From assembly GCA_950097015.1 (NCBI GenBank), contig CATNEN010000030.1, positions 2,728,001-2,792,000 on the forward strand: a stretch of DNA of 64,000 nt. The letters run 5' to 3'. Under the pieces are notes generated by a model that was given only the letters and a program-made list of their open reading frames with translations, did no database searches and was not told where the DNA came from. A program made the translations under genes and the position numbers. This document shows positions 11,471-24,151 of the stretch, in pieces; position 1 is the stretch's first letter; the number at the start of each line of letters is the position of its first letter. The stretch comes from Macrostomum hystrix (taxonomy: Eukaryota > Animalia > Platyhelminthes).

Positions 11471-12398
11471 CACTGTCCCCTGATACTTCATTCCATCACT
11501 GTCCCCTGATACTTCATGCCATCACTGTCCCCTGATACTTCATGCCATCACTGTCCCCTGATACTTCATGCCATCACTGTCCCCTGATACTTCATTCCAT
11601 CACTGTCCCCTGATACTTCATGCCATCACTGTCCCCTGATACTTCATTCCATCACTGTCCCCTGATACTTCATGCCATCACTGTCCCCTGATACTTCATT
11701 CCATCACTGTCCCCTGATACTTCATTCCATCACTGTCCCCTGATACTTCATGCCATCACTGTCCCCTGATACTTCATTCCATCACTGTCCCCTGATACTT
11801 CATTCCATCACTGTCCCCTGATACTTCATGCCATCACTGTCCCCTGATACTTCATGCCATCACTGTCCCCTGATACTTCATTCCATCACTGTCCCCTGAT
11901 ACTTCATGCCATCACTGTCCCCTGATACTTCATTCCATCACTGTCCCCTGATACTTCATTCCATCACTGTCCCCTGATACTTCATGCCATCACTGTCCCC
12001 TGATACTTCATGCCATCACTGTCCCCTGATACTTCATTCCATCACTGTCCCCTGATACTTCATGCCATCACTGTCCCCTGATACTTCATTCCATCACTGT
12101 CCCCTGATACTTCATGCCATCACTGTCCCCTGATACTTCATGCCATCACTGTCCCCTGATACTTCATTCCATCACTGTCCCCTGATACTTCATTCCATCA
12201 CTGTCCCCTGATACTTCATGCCATCACTGTCCCCTGATACTTCATGCCATCACTGTCCCCTGATACTTCATTCCATCACTGTCCCCTGATACTTCATGCC
12301 ATCACTGTCCCCTGATACTTCATTCCATCACTGTCCCCTGATACTTCATGCCATCACTGTCCCCTGATACTTCATGCCATCACTGTCCCCTGATACTT
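11471..12398. repeat. Minisatellite, 26-bp unit, about 36 copies (hnRNP K intron)
   Basis: CACTGTCCCCTGATACTTCAT(T/G)CCAT. Confidence 0.95.
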
Positions 12399-12543
12399 AA
12401 CTGTGTCATTGTATCATCACAATCTCACTGCTTCCTAACCTTCTGGGTATCAAGCCTTATGAGCAAACAAAAAATCTAACTCATTTTTTAGTAACACTAT
12501 TGTATGCTCAACAAAATTGTGCTCAAACAATGCTCAATTGTAG

Positions 12544-12659
12544 GCGAACTGAAGCGCGAACAGCCCGATCCGATGGACCACACCAATGAGCCACCAAGCA
12601 AGCGCCAGTACACTGGAACTGGCCAGCGCACCGAGCTTCGCTTTCTCATCCCTTCTAAG
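12544..12659 (+). CDS. HNRNPK: hnRNP K coding exon 2 (ELKREQPDPM...ELRFLIPSK)
   Basis: Acceptor tgtag|GC, donor AAG|gtgact. Contains the PSKR basic motif and the start of KH1. Confidence 0.9.
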
Positions 12660-12705
12660 GTGACTGCAGCTGGCTTTGCCCGTGCTTATCTATTTATTTT
12701 GTGAA

Positions 12706-12814
12706 TTTAAGCCCGAGTTCTGAATCTTCATGGCGATTGGTTGATTATTTTAGGAGATACAGAAAAAAAACGTTAGTTTATTTGAAATTCCCCATGATCT
12801 TCCTACTGTTGAGC
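12706..12814 (+). mobile_element. TIR element family A, copy 3 (right-end fragment) in an hnRNP K intron
   Basis: GCCCGAGTTC...GGCGATTGGTTGATTATTTTAGGAGATACAG matches copies 1 and 2. It ends TATTTGAAATTCCCC...CTACTGTTGAGC, the inverse of the left end of copies 1 and 2. Confidence 0.55.
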
Positions 12815-12892
12815 AACTAGGAGTTCTGATTCTAATGCTCGTTGTAATTACAAGCCTTTTTATCCACCTTTTACTTTTCAATCGCATCCTAG

Positions 12893-12949
12893 ATGGCGGG
12901 CGTTATCATCGGCAAGGGTGGCGCCAATATTAAACGCTTGCGCGAAGAA
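12893..12949 (+). CDS. HNRNPK: hnRNP K coding exon 3 (MAGVIIGKGGANIKRLREE)
   Basis: cctag|ATG...GAA|gtgagt. KH1 GxxG loop. Confidence 0.92.
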
Positions 12950-13167
12950 GTGAGTGCAACTTTTGTTTTACTTTTTTACCGTTTTTATATAGTTGTACAT
13001 TCTAATTGCTAGCTTTATGCTGTTCTATGTTTTAATGATGTTTGTCTATTGTAGCTAGTTATTATTTGCTTAAAAGTTTTAATTTTGCTATCACACATTT
13101 ACCTTTCATTATTATGAACTATTGCTTAACTACAATTAAGTCCAACTAAACTATAGAAATATAAAAT

Positions 13168-13375
13168 ACACACCCTGGCCCAGCTGTGTACAGCTTTTCA
13201 GTCCATGGACTGGGTGAATGGGGCGCCGCACTAGCGAAAATTTCTACCCCATAGCAAATGCTGGCACACGTTGGGTAAGCTGTAGCAACAGGAATCATGC
13301 GTTACTTAAGGACAAATTTATTCCTCTGATCTCTGGTCTGAGACTCGAACTCCGGACCTTTCGGTCAGAAGTCCA
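13168..13375 (-). mobile_element. Diverged tRNA-derived SINE related to the CORE-SINE family
   Basis: Shares the CAGTCCATGGACTG palindrome, GACAAATT and a B-box-like GAGACTCGAACTCC (reverse) with the 28996/53434 copies. Confidence 0.55.
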
Positions 13376-13547
13376 AAATTAGATTTCGAACTAGAGTACT
13401 TTAATTGATTGTTTAAGAACACACGTTAAAACAGACAACAAGCGTCTCTTTCGTTTAAAAATCCGATTTAATTAAATCCCAAACGCACCGCACCAATACG
13501 CTTCCCCCTACTGGGAATTTCTCCCTTCCTTCCTTTTTCATTTCCAG

Positions 13548-13591
13548 TTCTCCGCCAAAGTGTCCGTCCCCGATTCCAATGGCCCCGAACG
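13548..13591 (+). CDS. HNRNPK: hnRNP K coding exon 4 (FSAKVSVPDSNGPE/R)
   Basis: Polypyrimidine tract with ttccag|, donor CG|gtataa. Matches human hnRNP K SVSVPDSSGPER. Confidence 0.92.
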
Positions 13592-14216
13592 GTATAAACT
13601 CACAACTGCTAATTGTTTTTTTTTCTGTTACATTTTTATGCCTAGTTAGCCGCGATTTTGAGGGGCGATTCTTAGGATTATAAAATTATTGTCATCTATA
13701 ACTTATTACTAACCACTGTCTGAAAACTGTATTTTTGTATTCTTAGCGTATTTTTTAAGTCAATTTACAGAAACTGAAAAAAGTTTTGTTACTAAAATAA
13801 ATAATAATAATAATGCTATAATCTTATTACACTCCAAGATGTCAAATTTATATTGCTACAGTTCTTAATTCTTAAACTAATCTTTTGTCGAATAGTTTCA
13901 TTTAGCATGTTAAAGTTTTCTTCCATCTTCACTAATTGTCACTAGTTCGTTTTATTTAGTCTCCGAAAATTTTTACCCATCAACTGCATTGCTTTCCATC
14001 ATTTTCTATGGTTGTCTTGAAGTGTGAAATTCTAATTGTTTTGTCCTACTAGCTAGTAGTATGAAATGAATATCGTTAAAATTCCGAACCTTCCCAATTC
14101 AATGTGAAAAATTTGACTTTTATTACCGGTTACTCATTATTTTTGCAGTCTCATAACTGATTCTTTCTATGCTGTGATTAGTTAGCAAGTATACAAGCAT
14201 CTTTTATTCCAAAATA

Positions 14217-16211
14217 TCGATTCCATAGAATCCCATCCTTACAGACAGAACTGTCGATTCCATAGAATCCCATCCTTACAGACCGAACTGTCGATTCCAT
14301 AGAATCCCATCCTTACAGACAGAACTGTCGATTCCATAGAATCCCATCCTTACAGACAGAACTGTCGATTCCATAAAATCCCATCCTTACAGACCGAACT
14401 GTCGATTCCATAGAATCCCATTCTTACAGACAGAACTGTCGATTCCATAAAATCCCATCCTTACAGACCGAACTGTCGATTCCATAGAATCCCATCCTTA
14501 GAGACAGAACTGTCGATTCCATAGAATCCCATCCTTACAGACAGAACTGTCGATTCCATAAAATCCCATCCTTACAGACCGAACTGTCGATTCCATAGAA
14601 TCCCATTCTTACAGACAGAACTGTCGATTCCATAAAATCCCATCCTTACAGACCGAACTGTCGATTCCATAGAATCCCATCCTTACAGACAGAACTGTCG
14701 ATTCCATAGAATCCCATTCTTACAGACAAAACTGTCGATTCCATAGAATCCCATTCTTACAGACAGAACTGTCGATTCCATAAAATCCCATCCTTACAGA
14801 CCGAACTGTCGATTCCATAGAATCCCATCCTTACAGACAGAACTGTCGATTCCATAGAATCCCATCCTTACAGACAAAACTGTCGATTCCATAGAATCCC
14901 ATTCTTACAGACAGAACTGTCGATTCCATAGAATCCCATTCTTACAGACCGAACTGTCGATTCCATAGAATCCCATTCTTACAGACAGAACTGTCGATTC
15001 CATAGAATCCCATTCTTACAGACAAAACTGTCGATTCCATAGAATCCCATTCTTACAGACAGAACTGTCGATTCCATAGAATCCCATTCTTACAGACAAA
15101 ACTGTCGATTCCATAGAATCCCATTCTTACAGACAGAACTGTCGATTCCATAGAATCCCATTCTTACAGACAGAACTGTCGATTCCATAGAATCCCATTC
15201 TTACAGACCGAACTTTCGATTCCATAGAATCCCATTCTTACAGACAGAACTGTCGATTCCATAAAATCCCATCCTTACAGACAGAACTGTCGATTCCATA
15301 GAATCCCATCCTTACAGACCGAACTGTCGATTCCATAGAATCCCATCCTTACAGACCGAACTGTCGATTCCATAGAATCCCATTCTTACAGACCGAACTT
15401 TCGATTCCATAGAATCCCATTCCTACAGACAGAACTGTCGATTCCATAGAATCCCATTCTTACAGACAAAACTGTCGATTCCATAGAATCCCATTCTTAC
15501 AGACAGAACTGTCGATTCCATAGAATCCCATCCTTACAGACAGAACTGTCGATTCCATAGAATCCCATCCTTACAGACAAAACTGTCGATTCCATAGAAT
15601 CCCATTCTTACAGACAGAACTGTCGATTCCATAGAATCCCATTCTTACAGACCGAACTGTCGATTCCATAGAATCCCATTCTTACAGACAGAACTGTCGA
15701 TTCCATAGAATCCCATTCTTACAGACAAAACTGTCGATTCCATAGAATCCCATTCTTACAGACAGAACTGTCGATTCCATAGAATCCCATTCTTACAGAC
15801 AAAACTGTCGATTCCATAGAATCCCATTCTTACAGACAGAACTGTCGATTCCATAGAATCCCATTCTTACAGACAGAACTGTCGATTCCATAGAATCCCA
15901 TTCTTACAGACCGAACTTTCGATTCCATAGAATCCCATTCTTACAGACAGAACTGTCGATTCCATAAAATCCCATCCTTACAGACAGAACTGTCGATTCC
16001 ATAGAATCCCATCCTTACAGACCGAACTGTCGATTCCATAGAATCCCATCCTTACAGACCGAACTGTCGATTCCATAGAATCCCATTCTTACAGACCGAA
16101 CTTTCGATTCCATAGAATCCCATTCCTACAGACAGAACTGTCGATTCCATAGAATCCCATTCTTACAGACAGAACTGTCGATTCCATAGAATCCCATCCT
16201 TACAGACAAAC
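14217..16211. repeat. Minisatellite, 37-bp unit, about 54 copies (hnRNP K intron)
   Basis: TTCCATAGAATCCCATCCTTACAGACAGAACTGTCGA. Confidence 0.95.
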
Positions 16212-16440
16212 TCAGTGTGATATTGTTGGATTAGTTACCTTCAAACTAGAGACTTGGATTTTGTGTTGTATAGTAAAGATTTATATTGAAAGGAATGCTA
16301 TCAGATCAGAGTAATTGTTTTTTGTTTTTCCCAATCCGAGTTTCTACCTGAGATGCTAAACTGACATATTTGTTGGTTCGAGCTTTTCCTTGCAAGCTGC
16401 TGCTCAAGGCTCAAGATCAATCATCCTTTATCCATCTTAG

Positions 16441-17343
16441 TGTCCTGAGTCTGGAGGGCGAGCCGGCCATGCTTGAGTCGCTACTAACTGACGTACTGCA
16501 CGCCCTTGTTGACGATAGCAACAGCGGCCGCGGCGATCGCGACGGAATCGGCGGCAGCCAGCAGGGCGCCGTCACAGCCAACGGCGATGTGGACCTGCGC
16601 CTCCTGGTGCACCAGTCCCAGGCCGGCTGTGTCATCGGCAAAGGTGGCAGCAAGATTAAAGAGCTGCGCGAAGAGTCCAAGCTGCGCGCCCTCAAAGTCT
16701 ACTCGGTGGCCTGTCCGGCCTCCACTGATCGGGTTGTCCAGATGATTGGCGCCCCAGCCGAGCTTCTTGGCGCTGTCCGGATGCTGACCGAGCAGCTCGA
16801 CTCCGCTCCGCCCAAGGGCCAGATAGCCGGCTACGATGCTCGCAATTTCGACGAGTACGGCGTCGAGCAGTACGGCGGCTGGCCCGGCTCCGGCCGATGG
16901 GGTCCCGGCAGGCAGGACCACGCGCTGGCCGCCTCGGCCATCGGCATGCCGCCCGGTCCGCCCGGCTATCCGCAGAGCGCCGCCGCTGTTGCCGCAGCGG
17001 CCGCCGCTGCTGCCCACATGCGCCCACCACAGGCGCCTCAGGGCCGCGGACTTGGGCCGCCAGTCGGCGTCGCGATGCCCGGCGGCGTCGCTGGCGGGAT
17101 GCCGTACGGTGCTCCGCGGGCTCCCCGTGTACCAGTCGGGCCCGAGGTCACCCAGCAGGTGTCCATCCCGGACTCGCTGACTGGCTCAATCATGGGCCGC
17201 GGCGGGCAGCGAATCAAGCAGATTCGCATGGAGTCTGGCGCCGATATCAAGATCGACCGCGGCGACCCCGGCCAGGACCGCATCATCACTATTCGCGGCA
17301 CTCAGGAGCAGATTCAGAATGCCCAGTACCTGCTGCAGATGTG
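16441..17343 (+). CDS. HNRNPK: hnRNP K coding exon 5 (end of KH1, KH2, Pro/Gly/Ala linker, KH3)
   Basis: cttag|T GTC CTG (phase 2). KH2 LRLLVHQSQAGCVIGKGG and KH3 QVSIPDSLTGSIMGRGGQRIKQIR...IQNAQYLLQ. Donor TG|gttagt. Confidence 0.95.
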
Positions 17344-17510
17344 GTTAGTATCTCAATTATAGGCCCTCCTAATTCCCCTTGCCCTGCTCTCTGACGGCCA
17401 TTACACTGTGTGGAAGAGGATTGTGATATTAGAGCATTGTCAACTTGCGCTGTCTTCCATATTGTCTGCCTGTGCTCAGCCATCTCCTTATAGTCCCATT
17501 GCGTGCTGTA

Positions 17511-17810
17511 GCTTTAACAGTAGAATAACCACTGGGGGTATTTCAAATACCCACTGCCTCTTAATCCGAATGACCGATTTCCGTAAAAGTCCACCATCTG
17601 GATAACGATTCTCCGCCCTTTACGACGAACAAATTTTCAAAGCCGTCCGACAATATATTGGTGTTTTTTGCGACTAAACACCCCGACGAGAATCGTTGAA
17701 TATCTCGACGATGCCGATGTTTTGTCATTCTGGAAGTTGTTTCATCGGATAGAGCGGCATATTTTAGCCCGTGTTCTGGATTTTAATGGCGATTGGTTGA
17801 ATATTTTAGG
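17511..17810 (+). mobile_element. TIR element family A, copy 2, in the last intron of hnRNP K
   Basis: Homologous to the reverse complement of 1470-1800 (e.g. GGAAGTTGTTTCATCGGATAGAGCGG vs AGAAGTTGTTTCATCGGATAGAGCGG). Confidence 0.65.
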
Positions 17811-17889
17811 TAGTCCTTCTGCTATTCACACATTTTTCTTGTCGCGTTTTTTTTCAACATTCACCCCCCTTGATGTGCTCGGATTTCAG

Positions 17890-17917
17890 CGTGAAGAAGT
17901 ACTCCGGACAGTACTAG
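17890..17917 (+). CDS. HNRNPK: hnRNP K terminal exon (C-VKKYSGQY*)
   Basis: tttcag|C GTG AAG AAG TAC TCC GGA CAG TAC TAG restores a C-terminus like human SVKQYSGKFF. AATAAA at 18048-18053. Confidence 0.85.
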
Positions 17918-18467
17918 AAGCGCCGGTCTTGTCGGACAGCTGCAATGCAAAGGGACGCCAGATAATTACAGCTTAAATTATTTCGGCGGACTAAAACTTC
18001 TCTGCGCGCTCGTGTGTTTTGTTGTTTGTTAAATTTTTTTAAATCTAAATAAAAAAACTAATAGCTTTTGTCTTGTCTTGTTTTTTACAACAGTTTTCTA
18101 ATTAGACATTAGAGGGAGCGGCATTGCGAAGGCGTGCGCCTGTGGCCCTCGTGTTCCCCCCCATCCAACTGGCTTGCATTTGATTCCCGGCCTTAAGTCC
18201 TTTGCTGGTATCACAATCAAAATCAGTCAGCTTCGTGTGAGGGCAGTTTTTTTGTCTCGCCCGCTTCCTCAGCTAAACCGGTGTTTGACGAGGCGCGATC
18301 AATTACTAGCGTGAGAGGCTACAGTAGCTATGATGGACTGTTGTTTAACATCTCTGAGCAATAAAATTAGCATTGGGCATATGTTGTTTGTCTGTCTTTG
18401 AAGCTTCTTGCGTCTCGGAGTTGTGACTTTTTTATTTTATCTTTACTAGGACTAGCCTTCAAGGCTG

Positions 18468-20020
18468 CAGCCCCTGCTAGACTGCAACCCCCTACAAGGC
18501 TGCAGCCCCTACTAGGCTACAACCCCTACAAGGCTGCAGCCCCTACTAGGCTAAAACCCCCTACAAGGCTGCAGCCCCTACTAGGCTAAAACCCCCTACA
18601 AGGCTGCAGCCCCTACTAGGCTACAACCCCTACAAGGCTGCAGCCCCTACTAGGCTACAAGCCCTACCAGGCTGCAACCCACTACTACGCTACAACCCCT
18701 ACGAGACTGCAACCCCCTACTAGGCTGGAACCCCCTACTAGGCTACAACCCCCTACTAGGCTGCAACCCCCTACTATGCTACAACCCCCTACAAGGCTGC
18801 AGCCCCTACTAGGCTACAACCCCTACAAGGCTGCAGCCCCTACTAGGCTAAAACCCCTTACAAGGCTGCAGCCCCCTACTATGCTAAAACCCCCTACAAG
18901 GCTGCAGCCCCCTACTAGGCTAAAACCCCCTACAAGGCTGCAGCCCCCTACTATGCTAAAACCCCCTACAAGGCTGCAGCCCCCTACTATGCTAAAACCC
19001 CCTACAAGGCTGCAGCCCCCTACTAGGCTAAAACCCCCTACAAGGCTGCAGCCCCTACTAGGCTACAACCCCCTACAAGGCTGCAGCCCCTACTAGGCTA
19101 CAAGCCCTACCAGGCTGCAACCCACTACTACGCTACAACCCCTACGAGACTGCAACCCCCTACTAGGCTGGAACCCCCTACTAGGCTACAACCCCCTACT
19201 AGGCTGCAACCCCCTACTATGCTACAACCCCCTACAAGGCTGCAGCCCCCTACTATGCTAAAACCCCCTACAAGGCTGCAGCCCCCTACTAGGCTAAAAC
19301 CCCCTACAAGGCTGCAGCCCCTACTAGGCTACAACCCCTACAAGGCTGCAGCCCCTACTAGGCTACAAGCCCTACCAGGCTGCAACCCACTACTACGCTA
19401 CAACCCCTACGAGACTGCAACCCCCTACTAGGCTGGAACCCCCTACTAGGCTACAACCCCCTACTAGGCTGCAACCCCCTACTATGCTACAACCCCCTAC
19501 AAGGCTGCAGCCCCTACTAGGCTACAAGCCCTACCAGGCTGCAACCCACTACTACGCTACAACCCCTACAAGGCTGCAACCCCCTACTAGGCTGGAACCC
19601 CTACTAGGCTGCAACCCCCTACTGGGCTGCAACCCCCTACTAGGCTACAACCCCCTACTAGGCTGCAACCCCCTACTAGGCTGCAACCCCCTACTTGGCT
19701 GCAACCCCCTACTACGCTGCAACCCCCTACTAGGCTGCAACCCCCTACTAGGCTGCAACCCCCTACTAGGCTGCAACCCCCTACAAGGCTGCAGCCCCTA
19801 CTAGGCTACAACCTCTACCAGGCTGCAACCCACTACTACGCTACAACCCCTACTAGACTGCAACCCCCTACTAGGCTGGAACCCCTACTAGGCTGCAACC
19901 CCCTACTGGGCTGCAACCCCCTACTAGGCTGCAACCCCCTACTAGGCTGGAACCCCTACTAGGCTGCAACCCCCTACTAGGCTGCAACCCCCTACTAGGC
20001 TGCAACCCCCACTAGGCTTC
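18468..20020. repeat. Minisatellite, 17-18-bp C-rich unit with higher-order duplications
   Basis: GGCTGCAACCCCCTACTA / GGCTACAACCCCTACAA variants. Confidence 0.95.
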
Positions 20021-20097
20021 AGATCCGTGGAGAAATCTCTGCCTAAGTAAATTTGGTGTCATTTCCAGAGTATATATTCCATTAGGTGATATAAAAC

Positions 20098-20361
20098 ATG
20101 CAATTGCAGTCTGATCACCAGTCAGTGCGGCCCGTCGGTCGCATGATCGACCTAGTCGATGCCGATTGGCTAGACGACCGGCTGCCGCGCGAGTCTGTTC
20201 CAGTGCTGCCCAGCGAGCTGCCCGACTTAGATCCGGACTCCCAGGACGAGCACGAGGCCGCTGATGACAACAAATGGACGGAGCTGCAGCTGATGCGGAT
20301 TCGACGGGCGGCCGAGCATCAGGCCCGAGGTCACATCGCCGGCGTGGCGCCGCCCAGGTGA
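20098..20361 (+). CDS. ANAPC13: Anaphase-promoting complex subunit 13 (87 aa)
   Basis: GRMIDLVDADWLDDRLPRESVPVLPSELPD...KWTELQL matches human ANAPC13 GRILDLIDDAWREDKLPYEDVAIPLNELPE...KWTDLAL. aaacATG context; AATAAA at 20637. Confidence 0.9.
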   Translation: MQLQSDHQSVRPVGRMIDLVDADWLDDRLPRESVPVLPSELPDLDPDSQDEHEAADDNKWTELQLMRIRRAAEHQARGHIAGVAPPR

Positions 20362-20789
20362 ACGGCGCTGAAAGTGACTTTTTATTCCGTGTTTATTTTC
20401 AGACACAATAATTCTAATGAATATTGCGAATATAGCATAACGGCCCGTTTAGTTTTGCTTTTTTACATACTAATTTCTCCGTTTATCTACGGGGTTTTAA
20501 GTGCATTGTCATGCTCATATTTTTTAAGTCTTTGTTGTTGCTGTTGTTGAATTTCTGTCGACTAAAACGTTGTCATAGAAAATGTGAAATATCATCGCTT
20601 GTACTGTCAGCAGTGCACTAAGATATATATTGCTAGAATAAAATCTTAAATTCCTCTGATCGTTTGAAATCAGGCGGAAAGGAAGTCCCGCTCACACGAA
20701 ATGGCAACGAAGACTGAAAAAAATAACTGTTTATATTTATGCCAGTTATTTCATTGGGTGATAGAGGTGAATGATGAGAGTGATAGACT

Positions 20790-21240
20790 GGGGTGACAGA
20801 TGTTAGAAGGAGTGAGACTGATATAGGGAGTAAGACTGATAGAAGGGGGTGAGACTGATAGAAGGGGGTGAGACTGATTGAGGGGGTGAGACTGATAGAA
20901 GGGGGTGAGACTGATAGAAGGGGGTGAGACAGATTGAGGGGGTGAGACTGATAGAAGGGGGTGAGACTGATTGAGGGGGTGAGACTGATAGAAGAGTGTG
21001 AAACTGATAGAAGGGGTTGAGACTGTTAGAAGGGGGTGAGACTGATTAAGAGGGTGAGACTGATAGAAGGGGGTGAGACTGATTAAGAGGGTGAGACTGA
21101 TAGAAGGGTTGAGACTGATAAAAGGGGTTGAGACTGATTGAGGGGGTGAGACTGATCGAAGGGGTTGAAACTGATAGAAGGGGGTGAGACTGATAGAAGG
21201 GGGTGAGACTGATAAAAGGGGGTGAGACTGATAGTGTGAG
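20790..21240. repeat. Minisatellite, 18-19-bp G-rich unit
   Basis: GAGACTGATAGAAGGGGGT. Confidence 0.9.
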
Positions 21241-21879
21241 ATAGTAGTTTGGGGAGCATGATTCGAGAGCGAATGTTGCAACCAAATTCAATTTATAACA
21301 AAATAGTACGAGTTATTTGACTTAGCTGTAAATACTGTAGATTGTTTCAAATAGCTTGACCAGACATCGAGTTTTCATGCCTCCGTCAGTTTGAGGCTCT
21401 AAACAACCTCTACATGATAGAAGCCATCGCCGATTTTTACTTTATGTACCTCGCCTTTCCGCGACTGAGACCCAGGTGCGACTCGAGTTATGTAATCCCA
21501 TCCAAACATCCTCTTTAAGCAGCTCCTCCGAGTGCCTGGCTAATTGCAATCACCTTCCGCAGCTATTTGAGCTGCTCCTTGTGTGACGGAAGGGGCAAAA
21601 GCGCAAAAGCGCCCTATAATTCGAAACTGCTCGCACCCCTCATTTTAGGGACTTCGATCCCAAACTGTTCTCAATTATAAATTCTGTCTGCCTTGCTGGA
21701 CACTGCCTTGAGTGAGTCGGATTCTTTCTTTGAGCGTTTGTCAGTTCCCACTTTGAGCATTGACACGGTAGTCTGCTTGGGTATTTTCCCCCAAATTTCA
21801 TTATCTGCTCATTTCGTGCGTTTGAGCTAAAGTACTCGTCCTATCAAAATAGTGCAAACTGTGAATGAAGTTATCTGAA

Positions 21880-23361
21880 ATGAACATGAAACTAAATGAG
21901 TATTGGAACATGAAACTAAATGAGTATTGGAACATGAAACTAAATGATGGATTGGAACATGAAACTAAATGATGGATTGGAACATGAAACTAAATGATGG
22001 ATTGGAACATGAAACTAAATGATGGATTGGAACATGAAACTAAATGAGTATTGGAACATGAAACTAAATGATGGATTGGAACATGAAACTAAATGATGGA
22101 TTGGAACATGAAACTAAATGATGGATTGGAACATGAAACTAAATGATGGATTGGAACATGAAACTAAATGATGGATTGGAACATGAAACTAAATGAGTAT
22201 TGGAACATGAAACTAAATGATGGATTGGAACATGAAACTAAATGAGGATTGGAACATAAAACTAAATGATGGATTGGAACATGAAACTAAATGAGGATTG
22301 GAACATGAAACTAAATGATGGATTGGAACATGAAACTAAATGATGGATTGGAACATGAAACTAAATGAGGATTGGAACATGAAACTAAATGATGGATTGG
22401 AACATGAAACTAAATGAGTATTGGAACATGAAACTAAATGATGGATTGGAACATGAAACTAAATGATGGATTGGAACATGAAACTAAATGAGTATTGGAA
22501 CATGAAACTAAATGATGGATTGGAACATGAAACTAAATGATGGATTGGAACATGAAACTAAATGATGGATTGGAACATGAAACTAAATGATGGATTGGAA
22601 CATGAAACTAAATGATGGATTGGAACATGAAACTAAATGAGTATTGGAACATGAAACTAAATGATGGATTGGAACATGAAACTAAATGATGGATTGGAAC
22701 ATGAAACTAAATGATGGATTGGAACATGAAACTAAATGAGGATTGGAACATGAAACTAAATGATGGATTGGAACATGAAACTAAATGAGGATTTGAACAT
22801 GAAACTAAATGAGGATTGGAACATGAAACTAAATGATGGATTGGAACATGAAACTAAATGATGGATTGGAACATGAAACTAAATGATGGATTGGAACATG
22901 AAACTAAATGATGGATTGGAACATGAAACTAAATGATGGATTGGAACATGAAACTAAATAATGGATTGGAACATGAAACTAAATGAGGATTGGAACATGA
23001 AACTAAATGAGGATTGGAACATGAAACTAAATGATGGATTGGAACATGAAACTAAATGATGGATTGGAACATGAAACTAAATAATGGATTGGAACATGAA
23101 ACTAAATGAGGATTGGAACATGAAACTAAATGAGGATTGGAACATGAAACTAAATAATGGATTGGAACATGAAACTAAATGAGGATTGGAACATGAAACT
23201 AAATCATGGATTGGAACATGAAACTAAATGATGATTGGAACATGAAACTAAATGAGGATTGGAACATGAAACTAAATCATGGATTGGAACATGAAACTAA
23301 ATGAGGATTGGAACATGAAACTAAGTGAGGATTGGAACATGAAACTAAATGAGTATTGGAA
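21880..23361. repeat. Minisatellite, 24-25-bp unit, about 60 copies
   Basis: GGAACATGAAACTAAATGATGGATT. Confidence 0.95.
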
Positions 23362-24151
23362 TATCATCTAAAAATATTGGAACATTCTCGTTAAAGAAAA
23401 CGAGGGTTTTATTGGGAAAAAGGATAGGAGTGGAGGAGCTCATGAAACAACCGAGGATTGTAATTTTAGCATAAAATGTGCATTTAGGTGAGTTAAATTT
23501 CTTCACCAAAGGCACCCATTGTTTGCACTTTAGTTGCTAACCAAATTGCCAAGTGAGAGAGATGCGAACTGAAGGCCCTGCATCAATGACGGCATAGCGT
23601 GGACAACTAGTTAGACGAATCATATCTAACTCCAACCTTTCACAGAGCAGATGGCAGCCAGACGCCTACTGGCAGACTGGAATGATTTCATATACGAAAT
23701 CTCGTACATTTAGGAGGCTTTCATGGCAGCTGTGACGAATGTGGGCAAAGTTAAATAGGCCGGCGTTACATTAAATACGTTTCCGGACGAGGCAGGAAAA
23801 ATGAATATTTTTTGTTTGATCATTGTATCACCATCGAGCTGAGCCGTTGGCTAGACAATGAGTTGGAAACGATAATCTTTCTCCCATTGAAGGACTGTGA
23901 TTTACGAGCGTGTAAAATCATCCATTTTTTAGAGTCATAAATTAAATGACGAGGATTTCTGTCTGCAGACGGACTAAATTATTGTTTGCAAGCTTTATTA
24001 TAGTTCAAAATGTATCTTGTGTGAGTAAAAATACCATTAGGATGAATTGGATAAATCTCATTAGTGTAGGCGTCATGCCTAGATTAATCAATGTTATTAA
24101 TTAGTCTGGACAAAAAAGGTGACGGTTGGTACTATTAGGCGAGGGAGGATA

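Noticed and set aside
17344-17362. hnRNP K ending in WLVSQL as in the ORF track
   Set aside because: Splicing TG|gttagt to 17890 restores the conserved VKKYSG terminus. Intron retention is possible but unsupported.
17668-17976. Paralogous proteins suggested by the shared FHRIER..L.RVLDF.GDWLNI in ORFs 1236-1541 and 17668-17976
   Set aside because: The similarity comes from a shared non-coding repeat in two introns, and each ORF then runs out of frame into a real exon.
18468-20020. C-rich array as an interstitial telomere
   Set aside because: The unit is 17-18 bp (AACCCCCTACTAGGCTGC) and contains no tandem CCCTAA hexamers.
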